The notes below the pieces were generated by a model. It saw nothing but the letters and a program-made list of their open reading frames with translations. It did not search any database and was not told where the DNA came from. Both the position numbers and the translations under genes were made by a program. A stretch of 64,000 bases of DNA. It comes from Setoptus koraiensis. Lineage: Eukaryota; Animalia; Arthropoda. The DNA lies in NCBI GenBank assembly GCA_048013815.1, contig CM106585.1, positions 13,764,001 through 13,828,000 on the forward strand, read 5' to 3'. Positions within the stretch are counted from its first letter, which is position 1; each line of letters starts with the position of its first letter. Shown here piece by piece: positions 1-9,285 of the stretch.

Positions 1-966
1 GGAAGTTATTGGAATTTGATTGCAGGTTATTTTTTAGCTATCCTAATCATTTTCATCTTGTCACAGGGCATGTGGCAACTGTTTTCTACAACGAGTGACA
101 AATAACTACCAGTTATTGACTAGTGAGTGACAAATAGGATGCAATCTTTACTGATACAGTGCGTGCTCGGTGAAGGTACAGATGAATTTCACATGTGAAA
201 ACATTTTTCTGATCGCAGCAATCAGACTAAACACTGCGGGAAGAAAAGAATCACGAGGTGCGTATCTTGACTTCTCTTGGCTCTAGATTCTGGAAATTTT
301 CACACTTACCTTCTATGGTAAGCGCTGAAAGATCGACTGGTTCGAAAGGAAGAGTGTGCACCCTCAGTAGCGACTGCGAAGCGACTCTGGAGAAACCTTC
401 GTCAAAAATTTCTCCCAAAAGTCGCTTGCTTACAACGATCTAACTCTGGTTACCGGGCTAGCGAATTTGATCGTCGAAGATTGGTACTTCAGAATTTCGC
501 TTGTTTTGCGAATATTCTAAGAGTGTCTTCGCAACCTATATCTCATAATCGACTCGCATTGCTGCCTCGTTACTCTCATTAGGAAACCAAGAGACTGACC
601 GAAACACGCAAACACCGACCCGTCGTGAATCATGAGAAGTTAGCGGCAATTGACCTCTTCAGGTGTGATGCCCAGCCAGCCAAATCAGCGAGGCCCGAAA
701 CAGAGACTATGTGGCCCACATCGTGTGGGTCGCCCAGATATGACTAAATACTCAGCCATCTATCTATTATGAAAGACGGTCAGTGCCGATGTGAGTAATT
801 ATGGCTATAGACAAAGGCCATATGAACTGTATCGAGAGAAACAACAGAACAGAATCTAACTAAATCTGACAGAATCCAACAGAATTGAATAGGCCCCCCA
901 GTCGCAGACTAACTCTCATTAATTTTCGAACTTCAATCTTGATTCTGCTACAACATAGATGTGTTT

Positions 967-972
967 TTTATT
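967..972 (-). terminator. Putative polyadenylation signal (AATAAA) of peptide gene A
   Basis: tttatt on + strand, ~110 nt past the stop codon; same position in copy B (2831-2836). Confidence 0.5.
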
Positions 973-1081
973 TCATATTTAGCCGGCCAAATCTAAGCGT
1001 GGTTCCGGCATACAGATCTTTCGCGTTTGTCACGAACCATTTCGTTGCGAGTTGATAAGCTGGTGATTCATAAGTGATAGA

Positions 1082-1288
1082 CTATTTTTTACCAGGGCCC
1101 AATGCGCCTAAGTTTAATAAGTCTTTTATTTGCGCTTCTTGTGCATCACCTAATACACCAGCGAGATTATCTATAAGTCTGTTTAATCCATCAGTAAGAT
1201 CTTGTCCAAAGCATGGTTGAATTATACCCGATGTTGCTATCAGGAGGAAAGCAAACAGGCAAAGACATACAACGAAAGAATTCTTCAT
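1082..1288 (-). CDS. Small secreted peptide, copy A (68 aa; 28-aa signal peptide, mature QDLT...GP-GKK)
   Basis: ATG-initiated intronless ORF with a hydrophobic signal ending C-F-G; conserved in three paralogues; flanked by TATA-like, Inr and AATAAA elements. Confidence 0.8.
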   Translation of the reverse strand: MKNSFVVCLCLFAFLLIATSGIIQPCFGQDLTDGLNRLIDNLAGVLGDAQEAQIKDLLNLGALGPGKK

Positions 1289-1399
1289 TTTGTTCTGTTA
1301 GTTACGGCCGGTTGTATGGTTATGCGTCTTGCGAGTTATGTTATTCTATAAATGACAACTGTTTATTTGGAGCTGATTACACTTGTTAGGTAAGTTAGT

Positions 1400-1438
1400 G
1401 ACTGATAGCACCAAAGAGTAAAACAGAGAGTTTAAATA
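1400..1438 (-). promoter_or_regulatory. Putative core promoter of peptide gene A: TATTTAAA (1438-1431) and arthropod-type initiator TCAGTC (1405-1400)
   Basis: Perfect TCAKTY Inr ~115 nt upstream of the ATG, with a TATA-like box ~30 nt further upstream; arrangement conserved in all four copies. Confidence 0.5.
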
Positions 1439-2830
1439 CTTTCTCTCAATCGAGAAACTCTAAATCAATTTGTGAAACTGCGACAGTCAGTGTAGCAATA
1501 GTTGACTTTTGAATACTTACAACTGATTGCCGATCATTCGTTGGCTTTTACGACAAATCCTTCAGTTCCAATAAAAATTGGTGCCTACCGCCCGCATATG
1601 TAATAAATCTAATCCTTTTCCTACTGTTGAAAACTTTCAATTTCAGAGCGCCACACAATGGCCACATGAGTAGACTAGATATAATTCGTTTGTTTGTGCC
1701 TAATTTATGGAAGGTATCAACTAATTCAAGGCTTTTGTTTGGCTATCTCAATCATTTTCATCTTGTCAGAGAGCATGTGACAGTTTACTTTTGCTTTACT
1801 TTTGCTTTTTACAATGAGTGACAAATAATTGGGTGTAATCCTCATCGATACAGTGTGTGGCTGGCAAAGGTGCAATTAAAAATCATTTTTGCAAACATTT
1901 TTTTCATCGCAATAAACATACTATTATCCTGTCCCATAAACACTTTTAAGCACCCTAGTGATAAGATCACACAATCAGAAGTTAATTTGGTTGCACTGCG
2001 AGAACGAACCAACACCGAGCTGTCATAAATCATGAGCTGGCCACCCAGGTTACATGTGAAAACATTTTTTTGATCGCAGCAATCAGACTAAACACTGCGG
2101 GAAGAAAAGAATCACGAGGTGCGTATCTCGACTTCTCTTGGCTCTAGATTCTGGAAATTTTCACACTTACCTTCTGAGGTAAGCGCTGAAAGATCGACTG
2201 GTTCGAAAGGAAGAGTGTGCACCCTCAGAAGCGACTGCGAGGCGACTCTAGAGAAACCTTCGTCAAAAATTTCTCCCAAAAGTCGCTTGCTTACAACGAT
2301 CTAACTCTGGTTACCGGGCTAACGAATTTGATCGTCGAAGATTGGTACTTCAGAATTTCGCTTGTTTTGCGAATATTCTAAGAGTGTCTTCGCAACCTAT
2401 ATCTCATAATCGACTCGCATTGCTGCCTTGTTACTCTTCTTATGAAACCAAGAGACTGCTCGAAACAAGCAAACACCCACCCGTCGTGAATCATGAGAAG
2501 TTAGCGGCAATTGACCACTTCAGGTGTGATGCCCAGCCAGCCAAATCAGCGAGGCCCGACACAGAGACGATGTGGCTCAAATCGTGTGGGTCGCCCAGAT
2601 ATGACTAAATACTCGGCCATCTGTCGATTATGAAAGATCTTCGTTGCCGATGTGAGTACTTATGGCTATAGACAAAGGCTATATGATCAATGATATCAAG
2701 AGAAACAACAGAACAGAATCTAACTAAATCTGACAGAATCCAACAGAATTGAATAGGCCCCCCAGTCGCAGACTCACTCTCATTAATTTTCAATCTTCAA
2801 TCTTGATTCTGCTACAACATAGTTGTGTTT

Positions 2831-2836
2831 TTTATT
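2831..2836 (-). terminator. Putative polyadenylation signal (AATAAA) of peptide gene B
   Basis: tttatt on + strand at the position equivalent to 967-972. Confidence 0.5.
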
Positions 2837-2945
2837 TCATATTTAGCCGGCCAAATCTAAGAGTGGTTCCGGCATACAGATCTTTCGCGTTTGTCACGAA
2901 CCATTTCGTTGCTAGTTGATAAGCTGGTGATTCATTAGTGATGGA

Positions 2946-3143
2946 CTATTTTTTACCAGGGCCCAAGTTTAATAAGTCTGTTATTTGCGCTTCTTGTGCA
3001 TCACCTACTACACCAGCGAGAGTATCTATAAGTCCGTTAAATCCATTAGTAAGATCTTGTCCAAAGCATGGTTGAATTATACCCGATGTTGCTATCAGGA
3101 GGAAAGCAAACAGGCAAAGACATACAACGAAAGAATTCTTCAT
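2946..3143 (-). CDS. Small secreted peptide, copy B (65 aa; mature QDLT...GP-GKK)
   Basis: Signal-coding DNA is identical to copy A; the mature region differs by 6 substitutions and a 9-nt in-frame indel. Confidence 0.8.
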   Translation of the reverse strand: MKNSFVVCLCLFAFLLIATSGIIQPCFGQDLTNGFNGLIDTLAGVVGDAQEAQITDLLNLGPGKK

Positions 3144-3258
3144 TTTGTTCTGTTAGTTACGGCCGGTTGGATGGTTTTGCGTCTTGCGAGTTATGTTATT
3201 CTATAAATGACAACTGCTTGTTTATTTGGAGCTGATTACACTTGTTAGGTAAGTTAGT

Positions 3259-3297
3259 GACTGATGGCACCAGAGAGTAAAACAGAGAGTTTAAGTA
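3259..3297 (-). promoter_or_regulatory. Putative core promoter of peptide gene B (TACTTAAA variant + TCAGTC)
   Basis: Homologous to 1400-1438; the TATA-like box has a T>C change. Confidence 0.4.
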
Positions 3298-4952
3298 CTT
3301 TCGCTCCATCGGGAAACTCTATGCATGATATTGAAAATGCGATGATCATTGTCGCAATAATTGACTTACAATTGATAGTCGACCATTTGTTGAGACTTAC
3401 GACAAATCCCGGTTCTTATTCCGATAAAACTTGTTGCCTGCCGCCCGCATAAGTAATAAATTTAATCCTTTTCCTACTGTTGAAAACTTTCAATTTCAGA
3501 GCGCCACACAATGGTCACATGAGTAGACTAGATATAATTCGTTTGTTTGTGCCTAATTTATGGAAGGTATCAACTAATTCAAGGCTTTTGTTTGGCTATC
3601 TTAATCATTTTCATCTTGTCAGAGAGCATGTGACAGTTTATTTTTGCATTACTTTTGCTTTTTCCAACGAGTCACGAATAAGTTGGTACAATCTTCATTG
3701 ATACAGTGTGCGGCTGGCAAAGGTGCAATTAAAAATCATTTTTGCAAACATTTTTTTCATCGCAATAAACATACTATAATCCTGTCCAATGAACACTGTT
3801 AAGCATCCTAGTGATAAGACCAGACAATCAGGTAAAGCGAGACACGTCTCTGACAAGTGAAGAAACATTCAGAAGTTGATTTGGTTGCATTGCGAGAATG
3901 AGCCAACACCGAGCTGTCATGAATCATAAGCTGGCGAAAATTGACCACCCAGGTCCAAACAGAGCGGATATAAGTTGCCCAGATGTGACTATATATCAAG
4001 CCAGCTGTCGATCATAAACGGTCATCATTGCCGCTGTGAGTAAGGATGACAAAATCCATGGCTACGTGAAAAGCGAAACAATTTGGTCTGTGAGGTTCGC
4101 GCAGCTCACCTCTTGAGTCGAAATTTCATTTGTGTCCGCTCGCTGATAATTTGAATTTATTGCGCTCTCAGATTTCAAATTATGAACTGTATCGAGAGAA
4201 GCAGCAATCGCGTGAGCGAATTCAAAAAATCCTTCCAATTCTCAAAAGCGTCTCCAAACCCTCGGTGGTGTATCATCTCGGTCCCCAAACAAGTGAGGAA
4301 CGAGATAATACATATCGGCATTGAACGCGACATACTTGTAGATGGCGTGTAGAGTAGAATGTTTAAATTTAATCGAATGACGACGTAATGTCGCTTATGA
4401 GTCGCATATTAATGCTAATTGTAAGCCAGCCTGGGTCCAGGGTGCCCCACAATACGTACGATGGCTTCATAAACGACGTTCGCGGGGCCGGAATTCACAG
4501 CAAGTTACGCAACTCACTGCACACTTGAGACAACGAATGAGAACATAAATTAAACTGATCAATGTCATTAGACTTGTCATTTCTACTGCCCTCTTCTTCA
4601 TTATTTATTATTACGCCATCGGACAGTATCGGGGTAGTTTTGTTGTAGCGCCATAGTATGTATCGAGTTAATCAGGTAGACGAACGAGAGAAGGCTGCAA
4701 TTTATGATTTGTTTTCGTATTGTTTATTGATTCGTTTTGACATTCGTTTTCAATTACAATCTAACACAATTGATTTTGCTTCCGGTCGCAAACTCGCTCT
4801 CATTAATTTCCAATCTCCCATCCTGATTCTGCTAAAACGTTGTTGACTTGTTGGTTTCATATTCACCAATTCAGGTCAATTCTAAGAGTGGCTCCTGCAT
4901 AAAGATCTCTTACGGCTGATGAGAACCATCCTGTTGCGAGTTGATTGACTGA

Positions 4953-5093
4953 CTAAGTAGGACGGAGTCCGGAAGGATCGTTGTCCTCAGAAGGGCGATA
5001 AGGTCGGCGAGCAAGGCATGGTTGTATTATATCCGTTGATGCTATCAAGAGCAAAGCCCACAGGCAAAGAGATACAAGAAAAGAATAATTCAT
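4953..5093 (-). CDS. Small secreted peptide, copy C (46 aa: MNYSFLVSLCLWALLLIASTDIIQPCLA|RRPYRPSEDNDPSGLRPT)
   Basis: Hand-translated (below the ORF-track cutoff). The signal peptide aligns without gaps to copies A/B/D and lies in the same 5' and 3' flanks; the mature part is unrelated. Confidence 0.65.
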   Translation of the reverse strand: MNYSFLVSLCLWALLLIASTDIIQPCLARRPYRPSEDNDPSGLRPT

Positions 5094-5210
5094 CGTGTTC
5101 TGTTAGTTACGGCCGGTCGGATGGTGTTGCGTCTTGTGAGTTATGTTATTCTATAAATGACAACTGCTTATTTAATTGAAGCTGATTTAACACTTGTTAG
5201 GTAAGTTTTT

Positions 5211-5249
5211 GACTAACGATACCAAAGAGTAAAACAGAGAGTTTAAATA
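5211..5249 (-). promoter_or_regulatory. Putative core promoter of peptide gene C (TATTTAAA + TTAGTC)
   Basis: Homologous to 1400-1438; TTAGTC is an Inr-like variant. Confidence 0.4.
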
Positions 5250-6561
5250 CTTTCTCTCCATCGAGAAACTCGAGGCCAAATATTGAAAATGCGATAATTA
5301 GTTTGACAATAATTTACTTACATTAAGATCAGGGGGCACTCATTTATTCCATCGCAATAAACAGACTATTGCCACAGATTATCCTGTCTGAGGCGGCAGT
5401 GTTTTTTTATTTTACTGTTGGAAAGTTCCAAGCTCAAAGCGGGCAGACAACGAGCTCATGAGTGGATCAATTCGTTTGTAAAGGTCAAATTTAATTGCAT
5501 GGATTAATTTACTATTGACTGTTTTGGTGGCGATCCGATTAATTTCCATTCTATTGGTGAGCGTAAGTTAATTGTTTTTTACAACTAGTGACAAATAATC
5601 GGGTGAAATCTTTATTGATGCTGTGACTAGCAAATAGAAATAACATTTGCAAACATTTTTTCCTTGGCGATAAACTAAGACTAAAATCCTCTTCCATGGC
5701 CCCTGTTAAGCACCCAAGTGACGAAATTAAACACTCGGCTGAAGTATGACTCTGACACGAAGAGGCTCATTTATTCAGGCAGTTGCATTCACGCCGGCAA
5801 AGAATAAAAAAAATCGCTTGAACTTTGTCACTCACAATTCACTTATGGCGAATGATATGATAAAATGGGCAACTTATGCCCGCCGCTCTGCCAAATGGGT
5901 TCTTCAATAAACAACTGTATCTAGACAACACCTATTGCTTCCTCGACATAAGAAGTGCGTTTCGTCAATTTGATCGGAAAGCAAAGACTCTCATTGCATT
6001 TGTGACAATTCGGTTTCTATCGGTCGAAATTTCAATTGCATCGAATGTTATATTTGAAATTTATTACATTTTCTACAGCGATTACGAGCTTCTCAATCAA
6101 TTGTGCACATCCATCTGACTTATACTATTACACTGGTGCGCTCCTCAACAATGTCGAATGTGTAGAAACATATTCTCGTCCAACTCACCGGATCAGTATA
6201 ACTGTGTTAAATAAGCTAAACATTGTCTTCAAAATCGTGATTTCTACTTCCCTCTTCATCATAACCGATAGTGTGAATATAGGCTATAGAGGAACGAGAA
6301 GACGCAGCGAAAGCAAGACTTTCATTTTATAATTCTCTTCCGTAATGTTTATTGAATCATTTTGACATTCATTTTCGACAACAATCTAACACAATTGAAT
6401 TGGCTTCAAGTTGCAAACTCGCTCTCATTCATTTCCAATCTTACATCTTGTTCCGTATTCATCAGGTCAATTCTAAGAGTGGTTCCGGCATATAGATCTT
6501 TCGCGTCTGTCAAGAACCATTTTGTTGCGAGTTGATTAGCTGATGATTCATTAGAGATGGA

Positions 6562-6789
6562 CTATTTGCCGTACCCCAAACCAATTCTTGCACCACCCGA
6601 TTCTTCTCCAGCAGTAATTATATCATAAAGTGGTTGAAATTCTCCATCATTTATATTGCTAGCGAGACGTTCTAAAAAGTTGTTAAATCCATTAGTAAGA
6701 TCTTGTCCAAAGCATGGTTGAATTATACCCGATGTCGCTATCAGGAGGAAAGCAAACAGGCAAAGACATACAACGAAAGAATTCTTCAT
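6562..6789 (-). CDS. Small secreted peptide, copy D (75 aa; mature QDLTNGFN...GLGY-GK)
   Basis: Signal DNA differs from A/B by one synonymous base; the mature region is strongly diverged after residue ~36. Confidence 0.8.
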   Translation of the reverse strand: MKNSFVVCLCLFAFLLIATSGIIQPCFGQDLTNGFNNFLERLASNINDGEFQPLYDIITAGEESGGARIGLGYGK

Positions 6790-6904
6790 TTTGTTTTGTT
6801 AGTTACGGCCGGTTGGGTGGTTTCGCGTCTTGCGAGTTATGTTATTCTATAAATGACAACTGCCTATTTATCTGAAGCTGATTACACTTGTTAGGTAAGT
6901 TAGT

Positions 6905-6943
6905 GACTGATGACACCAGAGAGTAAAACAGAGAGTTTAAATA
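6905..6943 (-). promoter_or_regulatory. Putative core promoter of peptide gene D (TATTTAAA + TCAGTC)
   Basis: Homologous to 1400-1438 with the same spacing. Confidence 0.5.
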
Positions 6944-9285
6944 CTTTCTCTCCATCGAGAAACTCTATGCATGATATTGAAAATGCGATGATCATTGTCG
7001 CAATAATTGACTTACAATTGATAGTCGACCATTTGTTGAGATTTACGCCAAATCCCGATTCTTATCACGATAAAACTTGTTGCCTGCCGCCCGCATAAGT
7101 AATAAATTTAATCCTTTTCCTACAGAGCGTCACACAATGGTCACTTGAGTAGACTAGATATAATTCGTTCGTTTGTGCCTAATTTATGGGAGGTAGCAAT
7201 TAATTGCAGGCTATTTTTATTAGCTATCATAATCATTTTCATTTTATCGGAGAGCATTGCTTCTCCAATGAGTGACAAATAAGTGGGTGAAATCTTCTTC
7301 GAGACAGTGTGTCGCCCATAGGTGTACAAATGAAAATTACATGTGCAAACATTCATTAGGTTGCAATAAAAAGACAGCAATAATCCTGTCTCATGGACGC
7401 TGATAAGCGCTCTAGTGATAGGATCAGACAATCGGGTGAGGCCAGACATGTCTGACACGAATGAGCTGATGAGATTGCATTCGGGCCCACGGTGTGGGCG
7501 GAAAGTTGCTAGCTTATAGATAAACAAAAAAAAACATCAACAAATATTCGAACACTCAGTTATCAACACCTTAAATTTGATTGCTGAATAATAGTAGTAG
7601 AAACTATTCCCTTAGCCGCTTCATGTGATATGGATGTGCAATAAAGGAGAAAATCACCTGTATATCATATGAACGTCACAGCCCGCGTGAAGAAAACAAT
7701 TGTTATGTAATTTCCGGCTGGTCTAGCCCAATGGTGACAGCGTCCTTGAGACAGGATTATCGTCGTCTGTCTATTGCGACGGATAGAATGAGATTGTCGC
7801 TTAGCAATCTCACCACTACTGCCGGTTGCGACGAGTATCGTCTCTGGCCGTAGGAGCCCATAGTTTTCGAACGACACGGGCTCCTGCGAAACAGGCGTAT
7901 TTGTTAGCAATTTTGCTGGCCGCTTCTTTGGTCGTGCATGACGCCACTGCGACTCACTCTGACTTGTGAGAAGGGTCCCCTCAGACCAGTTCCAATTCGA
8001 GCTGCCTTCGAGCTGCGTAGATGGCTCAACAAACGTTGCCCTCGTTTTTAGCAAACAAGTTATTCTCGCAGATCAGCTGACTGTGAGCTGGCCATGTTGT
8101 CACAGCTTCACCACCAATGGGACCTCATCATGCCCATACATCATACAATTATCATTATCATTATATTTATATTCATTTCGAGAGTCTACATGGCCCAATA
8201 GACGCTAAGGGGGCCTCTTTCGACTACTGTTAATGTAATGGCAATCTGTAGTGGCCATTCTTGCGCCAGCCCTAAAGTGGCGCCATCGCAAGCCAACCAA
8301 CTACTCACATTACATAATTCTCAGAATAACGTTGACAATGATGTAACTAGAATTGAATGAATTAATCTAAGCAGTTGACAGAATCAGCTCAGACTTGGTC
8401 AGCTGATATCAATCAAAATAATAATCTGGTGCGGACAGTGCTGCCAAATGAATAAATTGGAATATTTATTCCAAGCAGCGATAAGAGCGAGCTGTTGAAA
8501 TGAATTCTTTTTATGTGTTATTTGGACAACAACATTGAAATTGTATATATCCAACTAGCATGTGATTATCGACGATTGTGAGCTCTCAACCATGGAGAAT
8601 GGTGCCAATGCTCGCTGGCAGTCCATTACAAATCTCCATTGCAAACGCCGTTGGGAGCGTGCGTAAATAGCTGACTGATTATACGACAGTAAGAGATAAA
8701 TGGCCAGTACACCAGCATTGGCTAGGGGATATTCATATGATATCAATTGAGCATCGTTGAGCAGCATTGAATATCATTGAATGGGGCGACTCGTTTCGCA
8801 CACGCGCTCTACGGGCTTGTCATTCGAAGCGCCCAGCCAACAGATATAATAATAGACAGAGAATGTCGATGACATTGTCTATGTTTGTCTTGTTGTTGTT
8901 GGTGCTGCCGCTGCTGCCGCCGTCTTGGCATCGAGTCGAAACGGAGCTTGCCATTTGAGCGAGTCTTACACAGCGGCGGTTGTGATCGAAATATCAGCAT
9001 CTGTCTCAAATGTGTCATTTAATTGAAAAGTGGACCGTTATTGCATTATAACTGTATTATAAATATCATCACTCGCCATTGTTATCATTAAAATTCGTGC
9101 CGAAAATGGCCGCCGATGTTCAATATTGCGGCCTGTCATCACGCATCAACAATCCATCCAACGAGCTAGATGATTGATTGGGTTAGTTGATTTTATTTTG
9201 AATAATAGAGGATAGCAAACAAAGCAAGCACCGCATTGAAGAGCAACAAACAAAACAAACAAACAACAGCAAATGCCAACAAGAG

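Larger units (their letters stand above)
1..7500. repeat. Tandem segmental array, >=4 units of ~1.8-2 kb, each with one secreted-peptide gene; probably continues past the left edge
   Basis: Near-identical blocks recur at ~1.86 kb spacing (ORFs 258/2119, 1288/3143, 1627/3480). More diverged copies of the peptide-gene flanks occur at ~4.7-5.7 kb and ~6.3-7.5 kb. Bases 1-190 resemble the unit end at ~1690-1860. Confidence 0.9.

Noticed and set aside
1347-1396. Plus-strand TATAAA and AG|GTAAGT donor conserved in all four units (possible divergent transcript)
   Set aside because: It lies in the predicted 5' UTR of the peptide gene, conservation is expected from duplication, and no downstream acceptor or ORF supports it.
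2946-2975. DLLNLGP resembles the plant EAR repressor motif DLNxxP
   Set aside because: Only a near match, interrupted in copy A and absent in C and D; the host organism is not established.
258-7098. Plus-strand ORFs repeated in the array (258-443, 2119-2304, 2342-2608, 1627-1821, 3480-3701, 3264-3452, 6910-7098, 2985-3206)
   Set aside because: Mostly non-ATG starts, no recognisable motifs, not preserved in all units; their recurrence is explained by the DNA duplication.
7600-9020. Non-repetitive ORFs (7665-8054, 8555-8767, 8767-8958, 8809-9018) upstream of GNB5
   Set aside because: No recognisable domain and no consistent splice model could be built by hand; could be a diverged gene or pseudogene but is unsupported.
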